A stretch of 64,000 nt of DNA, taken from NCBI RefSeq assembly GCF_041248615.1, contig NZ_CP158425.1; one strand, written 5' to 3'. The notes beneath the pieces are model-generated. The model had not been told where the DNA came from. It saw only the letters and a list, made by a program, of their open reading frames with translations, and did no database searches. The stretch is from Escherichia coli. Its GTDB lineage: Bacteria > Pseudomonadota > Gammaproteobacteria > Enterobacterales > Enterobacteriaceae. The position numbers were made by a program, and so were the translations under genes. Below are positions 1 to 10,346 of this stretch, in pieces. The number at the start of each line of letters is the position of its first letter. Within the stretch, counting starts at the first letter, position 1.

Positions 1-551
1 CACACTCAGCCATTAACAACCCTATGATTAACCTTCTGGCGCAGGGTCGTGCAGCGAAAATTGCACTGTTTATTTGCACCCAAACCATCTCCGACTTTAT
101 TGCTGCGGCAAGTGTTGAAACTGCCAATCGAATTACGGGGCTCTGCAACAATTATATAAGCTTGCGAGTCAACGATACTCCTACTCAGACGCTTGTTGTA
201 GAGAACTTTGGTAAGAGTGCGATAAGCACAAATATGGTCACTTATACGACCGGTTCAGAAACATCTTTGCCGCATAATAACTTCTCAGGTTCAATCTCAG
301 AAAGAAAGCAGACAACTTTAGAAGAGAGTATTCCAAAGGATCTCTTGGGTCAGGTCCCTATGTTTCACATAGTTGCCAGGCTTCAAGATGGCAGGAAGGT
401 TGTAGGCCAAATCCCTATTGCTGTTGCTGAGAAACAAATGAAGCCAAACACAACTCTGTCGGAAATGCTTTTCAAGAAGGCCGGAAAAGTTACTTTGCGT
501 CAAAATCTCGATATCAAAAATCTTAATAAATTTCTAAGGAAGTTGCATTGA
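1..551 (+). CDS. C-terminal fragment of a P-loop ATPase (FtsK/HerA/VirD4-like); 5' end lies outside the window
   Basis: Frame of ORF 24..551 is open back to the window edge; GRAAKIALFICTQT resembles the GR-K-G...TQ box that follows Walker B in this ATPase superfamily. Confidence 0.35.
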   Translation, partial: HSAINNPMINLLAQGRAAKIALFICTQTISDFIAAASVETANRITGLCNNYISLRVNDTPTQTLVVENFGKSAISTNMVTYTTGSETSLPHNNFSGSISERKQTTLEESIPKDLLGQVPMFHIVARLQDGRKVVGQIPIAVAEKQMKPNTTLSEMLFKKAGKVTLRQNLDIKNLNKFLRKLH

Positions 552-1660
552 TGGATGAAAAAATTGTCCTGACGCGCCAGCAAATTTTAAGCTCTGCACT
601 AAAAGTCAGCAAATGTCGCTCGCTCGTAAAAAGGCGCTTTCAGTCTTTGGGTTTAAAGTACGCAGATTCTCAGGAAGTTCGAGATCGGCTAACTAAGATA
701 GAAAAAAACGCGTTTCATCATTTGGGAAAATTTTGTCAGAGCAACGATATCGATTCCCTATTCTCCATGGCAAATACCCTGTCTGAGCTTTTCCTTTTAA
801 AGGGAGAGTTGATCACGACTGATCCCTTTGGGGACCGTGAAACCAGCTACTGGTCGGTACCACAAGGTTCATGCCATGAATGGATTCAATCGCTGACCAC
901 CAGCGAAGGTCCTGAACGTAAATTCGTTAGTTTCCGTATTTCTTTCGATAACAATGACGAACGGTGTGATCTTGTAAAGAAGAATGCCCGTATGCTTGGT
1001 TGTTATCTTTTGCCTTATTTCGTCGATTTGACACGCACGGTGGGCGCATTCATTAATTTGCCAGGTAGTGTCTCTTTTAAACAAGTACAGCGCATCAAAC
1101 CCCAGATTCATCCAGAAACAACACATAGTCATATAGTTACTATTGAGGACTCTCCCTTTCTTTCTCGGTTAAAATTTAAAATCATTACTGCCATAGATCG
1201 GCTTCCTGACCCTAATGGCCTTTATACAAACACCTTTAACAGCATTATTGACCGTGCACTGCTGACTCATCTCAAAACCGAACAGGAAAAAATAGATAGT
1301 CCAAGAGTCTGCAAAAATGTGATTTCGGCTTTTGCCGACTCAACTCTTTCTCTGCCGGTGTTTAACATCGGCCTAAACGAGCAGTACAGATACTGGACGC
1401 CGTGGGGCATCAACTTTATAGAATTTTCCCGCCAGGCCGCAAAAGCAAGGACCGCTGTATTTGTTCCTGATGTGGGACAGATCGAGTGGAAAAGCGCAGA
1501 GCATAAAGAACTGGCGGAGTTAAGCCTCATCGACCAAATCATACCTAAACAGTACCACTGGCTCCTGGGTATCCCGACGATGTGGCGTAACAACTATTGC
1601 AATCACGATCAGAGGCTAGCTCTTTTTCGTGAATGGAGGGAAAGCAATGGCTGCGGATAA
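548..1660 (+). CDS. hypothetical protein
   Basis: 370-aa ORF; start overlaps the upstream stop (ATGA), consistent with translational coupling. Confidence 0.5.
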   Translation: MMDEKIVLTRQQILSSALKVSKCRSLVKRRFQSLGLKYADSQEVRDRLTKIEKNAFHHLGKFCQSNDIDSLFSMANTLSELFLLKGELITTDPFGDRETSYWSVPQGSCHEWIQSLTTSEGPERKFVSFRISFDNNDERCDLVKKNARMLGCYLLPYFVDLTRTVGAFINLPGSVSFKQVQRIKPQIHPETTHSHIVTIEDSPFLSRLKFKIITAIDRLPDPNGLYTNTFNSIIDRALLTHLKTEQEKIDSPRVCKNVISAFADSTLSLPVFNIGLNEQYRYWTPWGINFIEFSRQAAKARTAVFVPDVGQIEWKSAEHKELAELSLIDQIIPKQYHWLLGIPTMWRNNYCNHDQRLALFREWRESNGCG

Positions 1661-2309
1661 TACAAGCAGAGCAGCAGTGCTCAGAACAATGCTTTTTTTT
1701 GGCATGGTCATTTATTTTGGTTACAGCCTGGCTTTCCAGAATACTGAGGAGCTCAAATATCAGATTACTCAGGAGGTTAATGCAAGCCGGTCCATCATAT
1801 CAAATGACCGTTGGAAGTCTGTTATTGCAAATAGTGAAGCGACTTTAAATTGGTTGGTACATGACTATAAGTTAATTGACTATCTGAATACTATTCTGAT
1901 CCCTGACACCAAAAAACCAGCCAGAGGTATTAACATTGTTGCTGAAAAATTTACCTCTATTAATTACACTATGGCCAAAAACATACCCCTCTTACTTTAT
2001 CAGTCCATTTTCCGGTGGAACTTAATCCTGGGGTGGCTAATCGTTTTTCTGCCCTATCTATTTGCCATGCTAGCAGATGGAATGTACCAGTGGAAATTGA
2101 AGAGGTACGTATTTGGTAAGGTTACAGTTCAGTTTTATCGTATTTGGTTTCGAGCATTTTGGGTGATCAGTGCTTTAACGATGGTCTACCTGGTCATGCC
2201 GAATATGTCACTATTTAACAATATCGCTCAACTTTTCCCACCAGTCGCTTTATTGATACTGGGAATTGCATTGAATCGCTTGTGGTCTAACTTTCAAAAA
2301 CTCATGTAA
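1629..2309 (+). CDS. integral membrane protein
   Basis: 226-aa ORF with several hydrophobic segments; overlaps the upstream gene. Confidence 0.45.
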   Translation: MNGGKAMAADNTSRAAVLRTMLFFGMVIYFGYSLAFQNTEELKYQITQEVNASRSIISNDRWKSVIANSEATLNWLVHDYKLIDYLNTILIPDTKKPARGINIVAEKFTSINYTMAKNIPLLLYQSIFRWNLILGWLIVFLPYLFAMLADGMYQWKLKRYVFGKVTVQFYRIWFRAFWVISALTMVYLVMPNMSLFNNIAQLFPPVALLILGIALNRLWSNFQKLM

Positions 2310-2319
2310 AGGTGGTCAG

Positions 2320-3501
2320 ATGTTAAGCAGTAAAAAAAGGAAGTCCCCTACAAATATCAAAGAATCGCTCAATGATAACGCTGACCGTTTTTATAAGATG
2401 TTTCGCATTCATACCACGGCAAAAGTTGCTATGTCGCTAATTGCCATGACCGCTGTAGGGTTTTCTTTCTACAATCTTTACGAACAATGGCAGGACGCTG
2501 AAGGGAAGAAAGACCATATAGCTGTAATACGGATTTCTGGCGAGATGGGTACCGGCTCGGAAACGGGCGATGGAACAGTGATCGCAACAGCTCTTGCCAA
2601 AGCTTACAATAATCCCCATGCCAAAGCAGTTATTATCGAGGCAGAGTCAGGTGGTGGTGGTCCCTCTGACGCCATCATTATTTACCGCCAGATAAACGCG
2701 CTTAAAAACCACCAGCCACAGATTGAACGCGTATCAGATGCCGGTTGCTCTCTTTCATCTGTAGCCGCTGACAAGAGTAACAAAACCGGGAGCACAGAAC
2801 GTGGCGATGAAGCACGGTCGAAGCAAAACTCCCTCGAAGTACTCTCCAGCGGTACCGGTCGTTTTTTCTCTGATATCGCAGACTCATATAAACCAATCAT
2901 CGTTAGTGTGAAAGGCATATGCGCATCCGCATGCTATTACGCGGTATCGCCCGCTGATGCAATTTATGCCGACAGTAATGCCCTGATCGGTTCTATCGGT
3001 GTGCGTATGGACCACTGGAATCTGTCAGAGATCATGAGCACAGTAGGCGTCAAGAATGAGCCCCTTACGGCCGGTGAGTTCAAAGATGCTCTTGACCCCT
3101 TCCACCCATTGTCCGATTCAACGAGGGAGTTCATGCAGAAGGAGATCCTGAACACGATGCATGAAAAATTTATAACTGATGTTGAACTTGGACGGGGTAA
3201 AAAGCTTCTCTCGCGTCATGATGCCGATGCTGTTTCTCTCTATTCAGGCCGTGTATGGCCAACACCTCAGGCAGTTAAGTACGGCCTGGTGGATGGAGAT
3301 CTTACGTCAGTAGAGATCCGTACACGTCTTTCAAAAATGTACTCCACTGACACGTTCAAAAACTACAATGAGCCTCATCGTAATCTCCGTTCTGCACTCG
3401 GCATGCTGATGAGCCTGTCTTCAAATATTGAGAGCCTTACCGGTACCACTACCCGCTTGGTAGAATCTGTTAATGCCACCAGCTACCCCTCTGTGAGGTA
3501 A
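2320..3501 (+). CDS. S49-family (SppA-like) serine peptidase, membrane anchored
   Basis: N-terminal TM segment; motifs GICASACYYA and LIGSIGV resemble the SppA active-site region. Confidence 0.55.
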   Translation: MLSSKKRKSPTNIKESLNDNADRFYKMFRIHTTAKVAMSLIAMTAVGFSFYNLYEQWQDAEGKKDHIAVIRISGEMGTGSETGDGTVIATALAKAYNNPHAKAVIIEAESGGGGPSDAIIIYRQINALKNHQPQIERVSDAGCSLSSVAADKSNKTGSTERGDEARSKQNSLEVLSSGTGRFFSDIADSYKPIIVSVKGICASACYYAVSPADAIYADSNALIGSIGVRMDHWNLSEIMSTVGVKNEPLTAGEFKDALDPFHPLSDSTREFMQKEILNTMHEKFITDVELGRGKKLLSRHDADAVSLYSGRVWPTPQAVKYGLVDGDLTSVEIRTRLSKMYSTDTFKNYNEPHRNLRSALGMLMSLSSNIESLTGTTTRLVESVNATSYPSVR

Positions 3502-3502
3502 C

Positions 3503-4234
3503 ATGGATGCTTTCAATCTGCTGTGGAGCATTACGGGGGTAGCTTTCATTATCCTTATTTTCGTCGTGTTGCTGTGTCTGTTGGGTTTTATGACCTCTGC
3601 CATAGCGGAACGGCGGACTGCAAAGGCAATTGAATCTGGGCTTCCTGAAGAAGCTCAGGGGCTACTTAGTGATCTCACCTTTCAGTTGTCGGCTCATAGC
3701 ACTACTCAGGTTGATCACATTCTCGTAGCCCCACATGGTATATACGTCATAGAGCAGAAAAACTACGTAGGCAAGCTCTACGGTACTCTGGAGGAAAGCC
3801 ACTGGCGGAAATGGACTCAGTCCCGAACCCTCAAGTTGCAGAACCCGTTTAAGCAAAACCAGGGGCACATCAGGGCTATTCAGTCTGCTCTTAAGGCTAG
3901 AGAACTGGAATGTATCAATGTCGTCATCATAAACGGACGTTGTAAGTTTGATGGCATCAAGCCGGAATGGTTATGTATGGGGATGGACGATTTTATCCAT
4001 AAAGTCAAACAACGACGAGGGCTACGGTTGTTCACACCGGAGTCTGTTCAGCACATCTGTTCGGTGTTGAAGTCAACAAGGAAGTCGCCAGGGCTCTATA
4101 CGGACCTTACTCATATTCACAACATAACGACAAAGTACAAAGCCCCGATGAAATTCGAGCAACGAGTAACATACATTCTGCTCAACTTTATCCATTATCT
4201 GTGGGCAAGTCTGTTCACTAAGCAGAAGCCTTAG
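3503..4234 (+). CDS. NERD-domain (nuclease-related) protein with N-terminal TM helix
   Basis: HILVAPHGIYVIEQKNYVGKLYG...W fits the NERD pattern; coupled to the upstream stop. Confidence 0.55.
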   Translation: MDAFNLLWSITGVAFIILIFVVLLCLLGFMTSAIAERRTAKAIESGLPEEAQGLLSDLTFQLSAHSTTQVDHILVAPHGIYVIEQKNYVGKLYGTLEESHWRKWTQSRTLKLQNPFKQNQGHIRAIQSALKARELECINVVIINGRCKFDGIKPEWLCMGMDDFIHKVKQRRGLRLFTPESVQHICSVLKSTRKSPGLYTDLTHIHNITTKYKAPMKFEQRVTYILLNFIHYLWASLFTKQKP

Positions 4235-4272
4235 CGCTCTATCATTGGTAAGGCTGTAAAATGTCTGCAAAA

Positions 4273-4306
4273 GGCCCCATCGGTAAATTGTTGGGGCTTT
4301 TTCTTT
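4273..4306 (+). terminator. rho-independent terminator
   Basis: GCCCCA/TGGGGC stem followed by TTTTTCTTT just after the 3503..4234 stop. Confidence 0.5.
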
Positions 4307-4520
4307 GCGTAGTTCTGATACGGTTTATCCTGTGGAGCATTATGGCCACCAGCCAGCTGGTGACTGGCCAACGCTTTGTATGACGTAGCCTACTCAGGGC
4401 AGGCTATTTTAGAGGGACCGATTTTTATCCGGGCTAATTTAGAAAGAGATAATTTGAACTTAGGCGGGCTGACCACCAGCAGAGAGGTAAATCACTAGCC
4501 GGTGATATTGACAGAAGTCG

Positions 4521-4883
4521 TCAGGGGTTTAACGCCGGAATATTTTGCCAGGCCTCCTGCAAGGTCTGCAAGACTTCTACAAGTGATAGTGACGGCCACA
4601 GGACTGTTTCCGTCATTATCACTCCAGGTGGCTCGCACTCTACTGGTACCAGAATTAAAACAACACGAGTTCCTTTTACCTGGTAGGCAAGGTTTACTGC
4701 CGGTTGGCGGTAGGAGGCCAGTACACCCTCACCATATTGAGCAGGGTTACTTGCCCAGTTCCGCACCATTGCATACACCTGAGGCATATACCGACTATCC
4801 AGATCCCCTTTGGGCCGTCTGAACGGCACGATTTCTTCTGAGCGGTAGGTGGTCGTTGTTGTATTGGTTGTCATCTTTGTCAC
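4521..4883 (-). CDS. hypothetical protein
   Basis: 120-aa ORF with GGGGAGGTGA RBS upstream. Confidence 0.45.
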   Translation of the reverse strand: MTKMTTNTTTTTYRSEEIVPFRRPKGDLDSRYMPQVYAMVRNWASNPAQYGEGVLASYRQPAVNLAYQVKGTRVVLILVPVECEPPGVIMTETVLWPSLSLVEVLQTLQEAWQNIPALNP

Positions 4884-4939
4884 CTCCCCTGTTCGTCCAT
4901 TTAGAGTTTTAAGCTGCTTTACACATCACACTCAACTGA

Positions 4940-5224
4940 TTATTTAAGCTGGTCATCGTCTCTGGCCAGCATAGCCCAACCATTCGACTGGTTTTCGCGG
5001 GAGTAAGGATTCATTTCAAAATAACTATCTACCGCGTCGCTGTCCGCAACAGAACTGTTGTTAGCTCTCTTTGAACCCTGAACCACTACAGCATCAACCT
5101 CTGCGGCTTTCCCGTTGCGCTGTACCAGGATTTTAACCGTCTTGGGCTTACGTCTTGCGAGCAGTTTGTTGGCGATAAAAAGCACAACAATCCAGGCCAA
5201 AAGCACGTATAAAAATTTATTCAT
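4940..5224 (-). CDS. small membrane protein
   Basis: 94-aa ORF, N-terminal TM helix, AGGAGG RBS. Confidence 0.5.
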   Translation of the reverse strand: MNKFLYVLLAWIVVLFIANKLLARRKPKTVKILVQRNGKAAEVDAVVVQGSKRANNSSVADSDAVDSYFEMNPYSRENQSNGWAMLARDDDQLK

Positions 5225-5580
5225 AATGCCCTCCTTTGTATGTGATTATTATACCTGCTTCCATTGCAGGCCAAACAGGTTCGGTGTATGAAAAATAGAC
5301 TTCTCTCCGGCGTATAGCAATCTACTTACTGATCTGTTTTCGTATCAAACTGTATGGCATAACCGAGGGGCGTACGTGGTGAGTCAGAAAGTTACTTTTC
5401 CGTAATAGTTAATTTCAGATCCTTCTTCCAGTTACGCTTCAGTATAAAACCGATACCCTCTAATTCAGCATCCTTCACGTTTAATACGCTTCACTTTAAG
5501 GCAGGGCTTTTCGGTTGATATGAATTCTTTTTCCGGTTGCTGGACATGGGTTTCATCCTGATAGTTAAAATTGCAGGCTA

Positions 5581-5883
5581 TCAGTCACCACCACCACCTC
5601 CTCCTCCTCCTCCTCCACCGCCACCATCACAACCACCAGCTATGCTATTTTCACCATTACAATCACCTCCGAGGGGGTTCAAATGGCTGCTCCCCTGTAG
5701 ATGGTGTCCTTGCCAGATCGAACCCGAACCAGCGCCTCCTGAGCGTCTTTGCTTGCCCTGAGGCAATTGTGCAGGCTCACCAGCACCGGCGGTCCCAAAA
5801 ATGTCCCGGGCAATTTTATAAAGAAGGTAAAAAGGTACGCCCAGCATCATAAAAAAGATTACTGAAAATATTACACGTTCCAT
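5581..5883 (-). CDS. small membrane protein with C-terminal poly-Gly tract
   Basis: 100-aa ORF, AGGAGA RBS, TM helix; Gly tract is encoded by a CCN/GGN triplet repeat. Confidence 0.45.
   Translation of the reverse strand: MERVIFSVIFFMMLGVPFYLLYKIARDIFGTAGAGEPAQLPQGKQRRSGGAGSGSIWQGHHLQGSSHLNPLGGDCNGENSIAGGCDGGGGGGGGGGGGGD
5583..5630. repeat. triplet microsatellite (CCA/CCT)n, about 14 units
   Basis: Uninterrupted CCN triplets visible in the sequence. Confidence 0.9.
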
Positions 5884-6315
5884 TGATGATCTCCTGTCTT
5901 GTGAGAGACCAGTTATATCAGGGTGATTCAGTATTTCCGTTTAGAAAAGAGTACTAATTTGGCCCTGTTCGATCTTAATTTGCCATCCGGGAAAAAGTCA
6001 TAGGGATAGGCCTGCCAGAGTCAATAACTTCCAGTGATCTGGAGGAGACCCCGGCTCTCTGAGCCCTCATGGATGGTACGGCTTTACCCCCTGTAAACAG
6101 ATTCACGTTCCGCAGGACAAACATCGACTACTGACGTCTCATATTTGCTGACGCTAATCCGACGTCTCATTGCCGTCTGCTTGTTTTCTTTAAAGGGTGT
6201 ATTAGACGAATATCAAATCGGAATGGTAGGGGATGTGTGGGCACCATGCCCGGCCCTCTTTGAGCATCTGAGAGATTGGAGACCTAGCCGGGTAAGATAG
6301 CTACTTTCTTACGGG

Positions 6316-6684
6316 TTACCCTTCAAATCCAAAGACGAAACGGACGCTGCCGTTCTCCACGTGGAGACGCTTTACTTCTTCGACAAATTCCTGGATCACC
6401 TCTCCGGCGTTATCGGGTGGTATGGCTGACAAAATTTCTTCCGAAGTCAGCCATGAGTATGAATGTTCACCGAATAAATCATCATCTTCGGACGGTATAT
6501 CATCAGGTAATCCGCGTAATGCGTGGATAAAAACTGCTGATGTGCTCGCCCTTTCACGATCTACATCAAATCCGAGCCAGGCAAAGTGGAGATATGATCG
6601 GTCCCCTTTATAATTGCTTGATAAATTAATCCATTTACCAGGCTTTTCTTCCCTTTGAAATCGCCAGCAGATATCAACGCCCAT
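6316..6684 (-). CDS. hypothetical protein
   Basis: 122-aa ORF in a minus-strand gene string. Confidence 0.4.
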   Translation of the reverse strand: MGVDICWRFQREEKPGKWINLSSNYKGDRSYLHFAWLGFDVDRERASTSAVFIHALRGLPDDIPSEDDDLFGEHSYSWLTSEEILSAIPPDNAGEVIQEFVEEVKRLHVENGSVRFVFGFEG

Positions 6685-6848
6685 TAAGAAACTCCATTAC
6701 TATCGTTCGTATGAGATAACTATCATTTCAGAATACTATGACTTCTTCCCGTATAGAACTAATCGCTCACGCCAACTGGGCGAAGCCAACCGGTTCCGCC
6801 ACTTCGCTCATTGGTTTTTAGGCGTAAGCACTGAAGCCAGTCTCCATG

Positions 6849-7391
6849 CTAACTGGCGAGCCTGCGAAAGTCAGACTCGTTGTTATAAAGCGGCATATCG
6901 TAAGCGGTGTCTGAAATGAACATGCGGATCTGCTCAAGCGTCATGCCACAATGAAAACGGTTTACGCTCACATTGGCCCGGGGGAAGTCAGCACAAAACG
7001 CATTCAAAACATTTTCATGGACAATGCCAATGTTGATCAACGCAGCTGGCCCGTTGTCACGGAAGGATACGACACGGAATCCCCCATACCAGCCTGAATG
7101 GGAGAAAAATGAAAATGCGCCGGATGCCAGACCATTAGACAGGTCATAGCGCAATTTCCCGCACAGAGACTGGCTGTCTTTGCTGTACACGCGATTAATG
7201 AAAATACCGGGACCAACTTCTACCGGCTGCTTGTTGCTTGCTAAACACGGAAAGCCCACCAGCGAAACCTCCCTTTCTCCTGACCAGTTTACCTGATACC
7301 CGGCAGTGAGAAAGTCCGTCAGTTCTACGCCAGAAAGAGCATTAATGGCCGCGATATCGGTAGTCAAAATATTTACGTTTTTCATATTCAT
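6849..7391 (-). CDS. hypothetical protein
   Basis: 180-aa ORF. Confidence 0.45.
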   Translation of the reverse strand: MNMKNVNILTTDIAAINALSGVELTDFLTAGYQVNWSGEREVSLVGFPCLASNKQPVEVGPGIFINRVYSKDSQSLCGKLRYDLSNGLASGAFSFFSHSGWYGGFRVVSFRDNGPAALINIGIVHENVLNAFCADFPRANVSVNRFHCGMTLEQIRMFISDTAYDMPLYNNESDFRRLAS

Positions 7392-7452
7392 CTCATCTTT
7401 ATTCTAAAGTGCGTTTTTTGTCTATCAGCCCGAGGATTGAAAATTTGAATAT

Positions 7453-7890
7453 TTAATGTGACAGATAAATACCTGTCACTTTTTCAAAAACAGCCTGTAA
7501 TTGAATATCGAGAGAGTTCATTTTAAAATCCACCAGCTCACCTTTATTATCGCAAACCAAATAAAAATAGGAGTCAAATGCGTCTGTATCTTCATCTTTA
7601 AAAATACGGAAGGAATTAATTTTATCATGCCCTTCAAATTCGGCATGAATACCATAGCGAACCGAGCCGTCATCGAACTGAACAACCCGTCGTACAGAAT
7701 TAATCCGGACGTACTGTTTTAAGGCCCTCGCGAAATCGGCATTTAACGCCAACGCTCGTAAGATTGAATCAGCGGTTTCATTCTGCTTTTTACGATCGTA
7801 TTCAAATATCCCACAGCCGGTGTTACGAAAGACCGGCTGAAGAGCATTAACCAGGTTGAAGGAATCCACGTTTCTGTCGTTTCTGTACAT
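7453..7890 (-). CDS. hypothetical protein
   Basis: 145-aa ORF. Confidence 0.45.
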   Translation of the reverse strand: MYRNDRNVDSFNLVNALQPVFRNTGCGIFEYDRKKQNETADSILRALALNADFARALKQYVRINSVRRVVQFDDGSVRYGIHAEFEGHDKINSFRIFKDEDTDAFDSYFYLVCDNKGELVDFKMNSLDIQLQAVFEKVTGIYLSH

Positions 7891-7934
7891 GAGATATCTC
7901 CTGCCCCTCCGCTATACGAAGGGGCTTGATAGGG

Positions 7935-8231
7935 TTACTGCCAGGCTGCGATCACTTCTTCGCACTGGAAATGAGATAAGCACTGCTGGAGTAGAAGAGC
8001 CAGCACCGCTGTGTTAGGGACGCGATTGTTACACCACGCGTTGAAAAGCAGCTGCCATGGACCGGCATAATACCCGGCCAGTTTCTTTTTTTGTTTAGCT
8101 GTACGGCAGCGGGAAATGGCCTGCTGATAAAGGCTTTCATTCTCATCACCAGCCCGTTTTTGCAGAGTGCGATAAATATACGAATAAAGACTGTCAGAAC
8201 AGTTTGAAGCGTACGCCAGTTGTTTTTTCAT
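7935..8231 (-). CDS. hypothetical protein
   Basis: 98-aa ORF with AGGAGG RBS, perfect TATAAT -10 and the GGTTATTAGC box upstream. Confidence 0.45.
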   Translation of the reverse strand: MKKQLAYASNCSDSLYSYIYRTLQKRAGDENESLYQQAISRCRTAKQKKKLAGYYAGPWQLLFNAWCNNRVPNTAVLALLLQQCLSHFQCEEVIAAWQ

Positions 8232-8284
8232 AATACCTCCTGTTTAGAAGTATTATATGTAAACAGCCTCAGCGGCTAATAACC
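8232..8284 (-). promoter_or_regulatory. promoter with conserved GGTTATTAGC box, 17-bp spacer and TATAAT
   Basis: Minus strand reads GGTTATTAGCC-17nt-TATAAT-RBS-ATG. Confidence 0.5.
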
Positions 8285-8351
8285 CGTAGCAATATAATTT
8301 GCATTTTTTCTATTTCTGAAGACGCTTTTTAAATTAATATTTACTGAGTTA

Positions 8352-8630
8352 TCACAACTTATTATTCTTCCCGTCTGCTGTTTTATTAATCCCCCAGTTA
8401 GTAATCACGCCAAGTCGGCGCAATTTTTCACGTTGTTCATAAATAAAAAAATCGCCAAGGCAGTCTTTTAAAACTTCACTATCCTGATATTTTATTTTTT
8501 GAAGCATCCTCGCAACTATGGCGCGTTTCAGGAATATGGCTGCATCAGACTCAAGCATTTGTGAGGACTGTCTGACGGTCTCCTGCATGTCGACGATACT
8601 GCTGAGCTTTCGTCTGACCACGCTTAGCAT
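8352..8630 (-). CDS. hypothetical protein
   Basis: 92-aa ORF. Confidence 0.35.
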   Translation of the reverse strand: MLSVVRRKLSSIVDMQETVRQSSQMLESDAAIFLKRAIVARMLQKIKYQDSEVLKDCLGDFFIYEQREKLRRLGVITNWGINKTADGKNNKL

Positions 8631-8814
8631 AGTGTCCGGGAACCGCTTAGCGGCTGAATGTAACCCGCAACAACGTTACGCATTGTTTTACTCACTGCAA
8701 TTTTCCATTTAAGTCTGTTTGTTCCACCAGCTGCTAACATCAGCGTTATTCATCCTGAGGTTTCGCCCGCGATTGACAGATCAGAGGCAGCATGGATGAA
8801 ATTGCCAGAGTAGA

Positions 8815-9096
8815 TCACTGCATACGCGAATAGTGGTTTGTATTCAGTTCTGCGTTTGCCTGCTTTTCCAGTGCTGTCATAACCCGGCGGAGCATCGCCA
8901 GAGCCTGAACAGGCGAGCTCCCAAACTGCACTTTCACTTCAGCCGTATCATGATCCTGAATCAGGTCGAGTATATTCACTTCGATCCCTGCCCCGTTTTC
9001 ATCTTTTGCCGTGCACTGAATACTTACCCGGGTCACCGAATCCGTCAGGACTGGCAGTGGGTTAGTTTTGTCTACGTTGATAACAGCCTTCTTCAT
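8815..9096 (-). CDS. hypothetical protein
   Basis: 93-aa ORF immediately downstream of the ParB-like gene. Confidence 0.4.
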   Translation of the reverse strand: MKKAVINVDKTNPLPVLTDSVTRVSIQCTAKDENGAGIEVNILDLIQDHDTAEVKVQFGSSPVQALAMLRRVMTALEKQANAELNTNHYSRMQ

Positions 9097-9161
9097 TGCC
9101 CTGTTTCCCCTTGTCCTGAAAAAGTTACCGACCCGTCCGGATGGAGGGGTCGGTCAGAAAA

Positions 9162-10346
9162 TCATGACTGTCCCTTGTTCATCTTATCAGCATGCTTACG
9201 CAGGTACTCTTTCAGGTCAGCATGAGCGTTGATGATATCGTTCATTTCATCATTGGTCAGAACAAGCGTGTAAGTATCAGTACTGACAGATTCACCTTCT
9301 TTAAGCTTGGCTTCTTCAGCAATACGTTCAAAAATCGGGATCGCGGTGTCTGCAATGACGGTCACAGTCTTTTTGTTCAGAACGCTGGACATGGAAGGTG
9401 CTTTACCTGCCGGGTTCTGTTTAGGAGCGCTGTCCTTTGGAGCTGGAGCCGGTTCCTGTACCGGTGGCGTATCCAGCGTCTCCGTATTGCTTTCATCGTT
9501 CAGTTGATCCGGTACCGGGGTGTTATCGGTAGTATCATCTGCCGGTTGCTCAGCACCGATGTTTTCCGGAGTCTGCGGATCTGCCATGCGCTCTTCTACC
9601 TTGGCAGCTTTGACGAATTTCAGCGTGTTTTTCGTCGCCTTGCCATAGATGGAGATCGCTTTGTTGATGTTATCTACCGCATCCTCACCGCTGTACATAT
9701 ACTCGTCCAGTGCAACGTACATGCTCACCTGATCGCTCACAAGCATGGTCTGTAGTTCAGAAGGCAGGTCCAGTACGCGAACCATCTGGCGAAGATGCTG
9801 CTCTGATTTACCACGTTTTTTTGCCAGTTCCGCAAAGGTCTTAGGCTCTTCTTTATCTTCAACCAGACGCTTAATTGAAAGCGCTTCAGCTACGACAGAC
9901 AGCGCCAGGTTGGAGTTGCCGGTCAGGGTGAAGAGTTCTGCTTTTGAAGCGCTACCGCGAAACTCTTCGCAGCGAATACGAGTAATGCGTTCACGCCCTT
10001 CTGCTTCCAGCTGGCGGTTTGCAATAGCGATGGAACGGATACGGCAAGCCCCCTGACGCAGTACAGGTACGCCATTAACCATCTGAACAACGATAGGCGT
10101 CACGCTGAACGGGTCTTCCATGTAGGCATCGGCCAGGCTGTTCAGGTGTTCCACAACGTGAGGCATTGAATAGTAGAGCTCGCCCATACCGGCCGTGCGG
10201 GTGTTAAAGCCTTCCTGCTCTACAACAACCGAAGGGTCAATGATAAGGCCGTTGCCTTTACGGGCACCGTTACCAGTGCGTTCCAGGTAACCACGAAGGC
10301 TGATTTCGTTGCTGTTGTTTTTTACTTCAGTTTCGATTGCGGACAT
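9162..10346 (-). CDS. ParB N-terminal domain protein (ParB/Srx-like), paralog 1
   Basis: GFNTR and VNGVPVLRQGACR motifs shared with ORFs 58095..59258 and 62469..63524; no ParA partner. Confidence 0.6.
   Translation of the reverse strand: MSAIETEVKNNSNEISLRGYLERTGNGARKGNGLIIDPSVVVEQEGFNTRTAGMGELYYSMPHVVEHLNSLADAYMEDPFSVTPIVVQMVNGVPVLRQGACRIRSIAIANRQLEAEGRERITRIRCEEFRGSASKAELFTLTGNSNLALSVVAEALSIKRLVEDKEEPKTFAELAKKRGKSEQHLRQMVRVLDLPSELQTMLVSDQVSMYVALDEYMYSGEDAVDNINKAISIYGKATKNTLKFVKAAKVEERMADPQTPENIGAEQPADDTTDNTPVPDQLNDESNTETLDTPPVQEPAPAPKDSAPKQNPAGKAPSMSSVLNKKTVTVIADTAIPIFERIAEEAKLKEGESVSTDTYTLVLTNDEMNDIINAHADLKEYLRKHADKMNKGQS

Noticed and set aside
5537-5761. Plus-strand ORF with a poly-proline tract
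   Set aside because: No convincing RBS; the minus-strand ORF over the same repeat has an RBS and a TM helix, so the plus-strand frame is treated as an artefact.
9162-10346. ParB-like genes as a plasmid partition system
   Set aside because: No ParA-type Walker ATPase or ParM-like gene is adjacent to any of the three, and no centromere-like repeat lies next to them.
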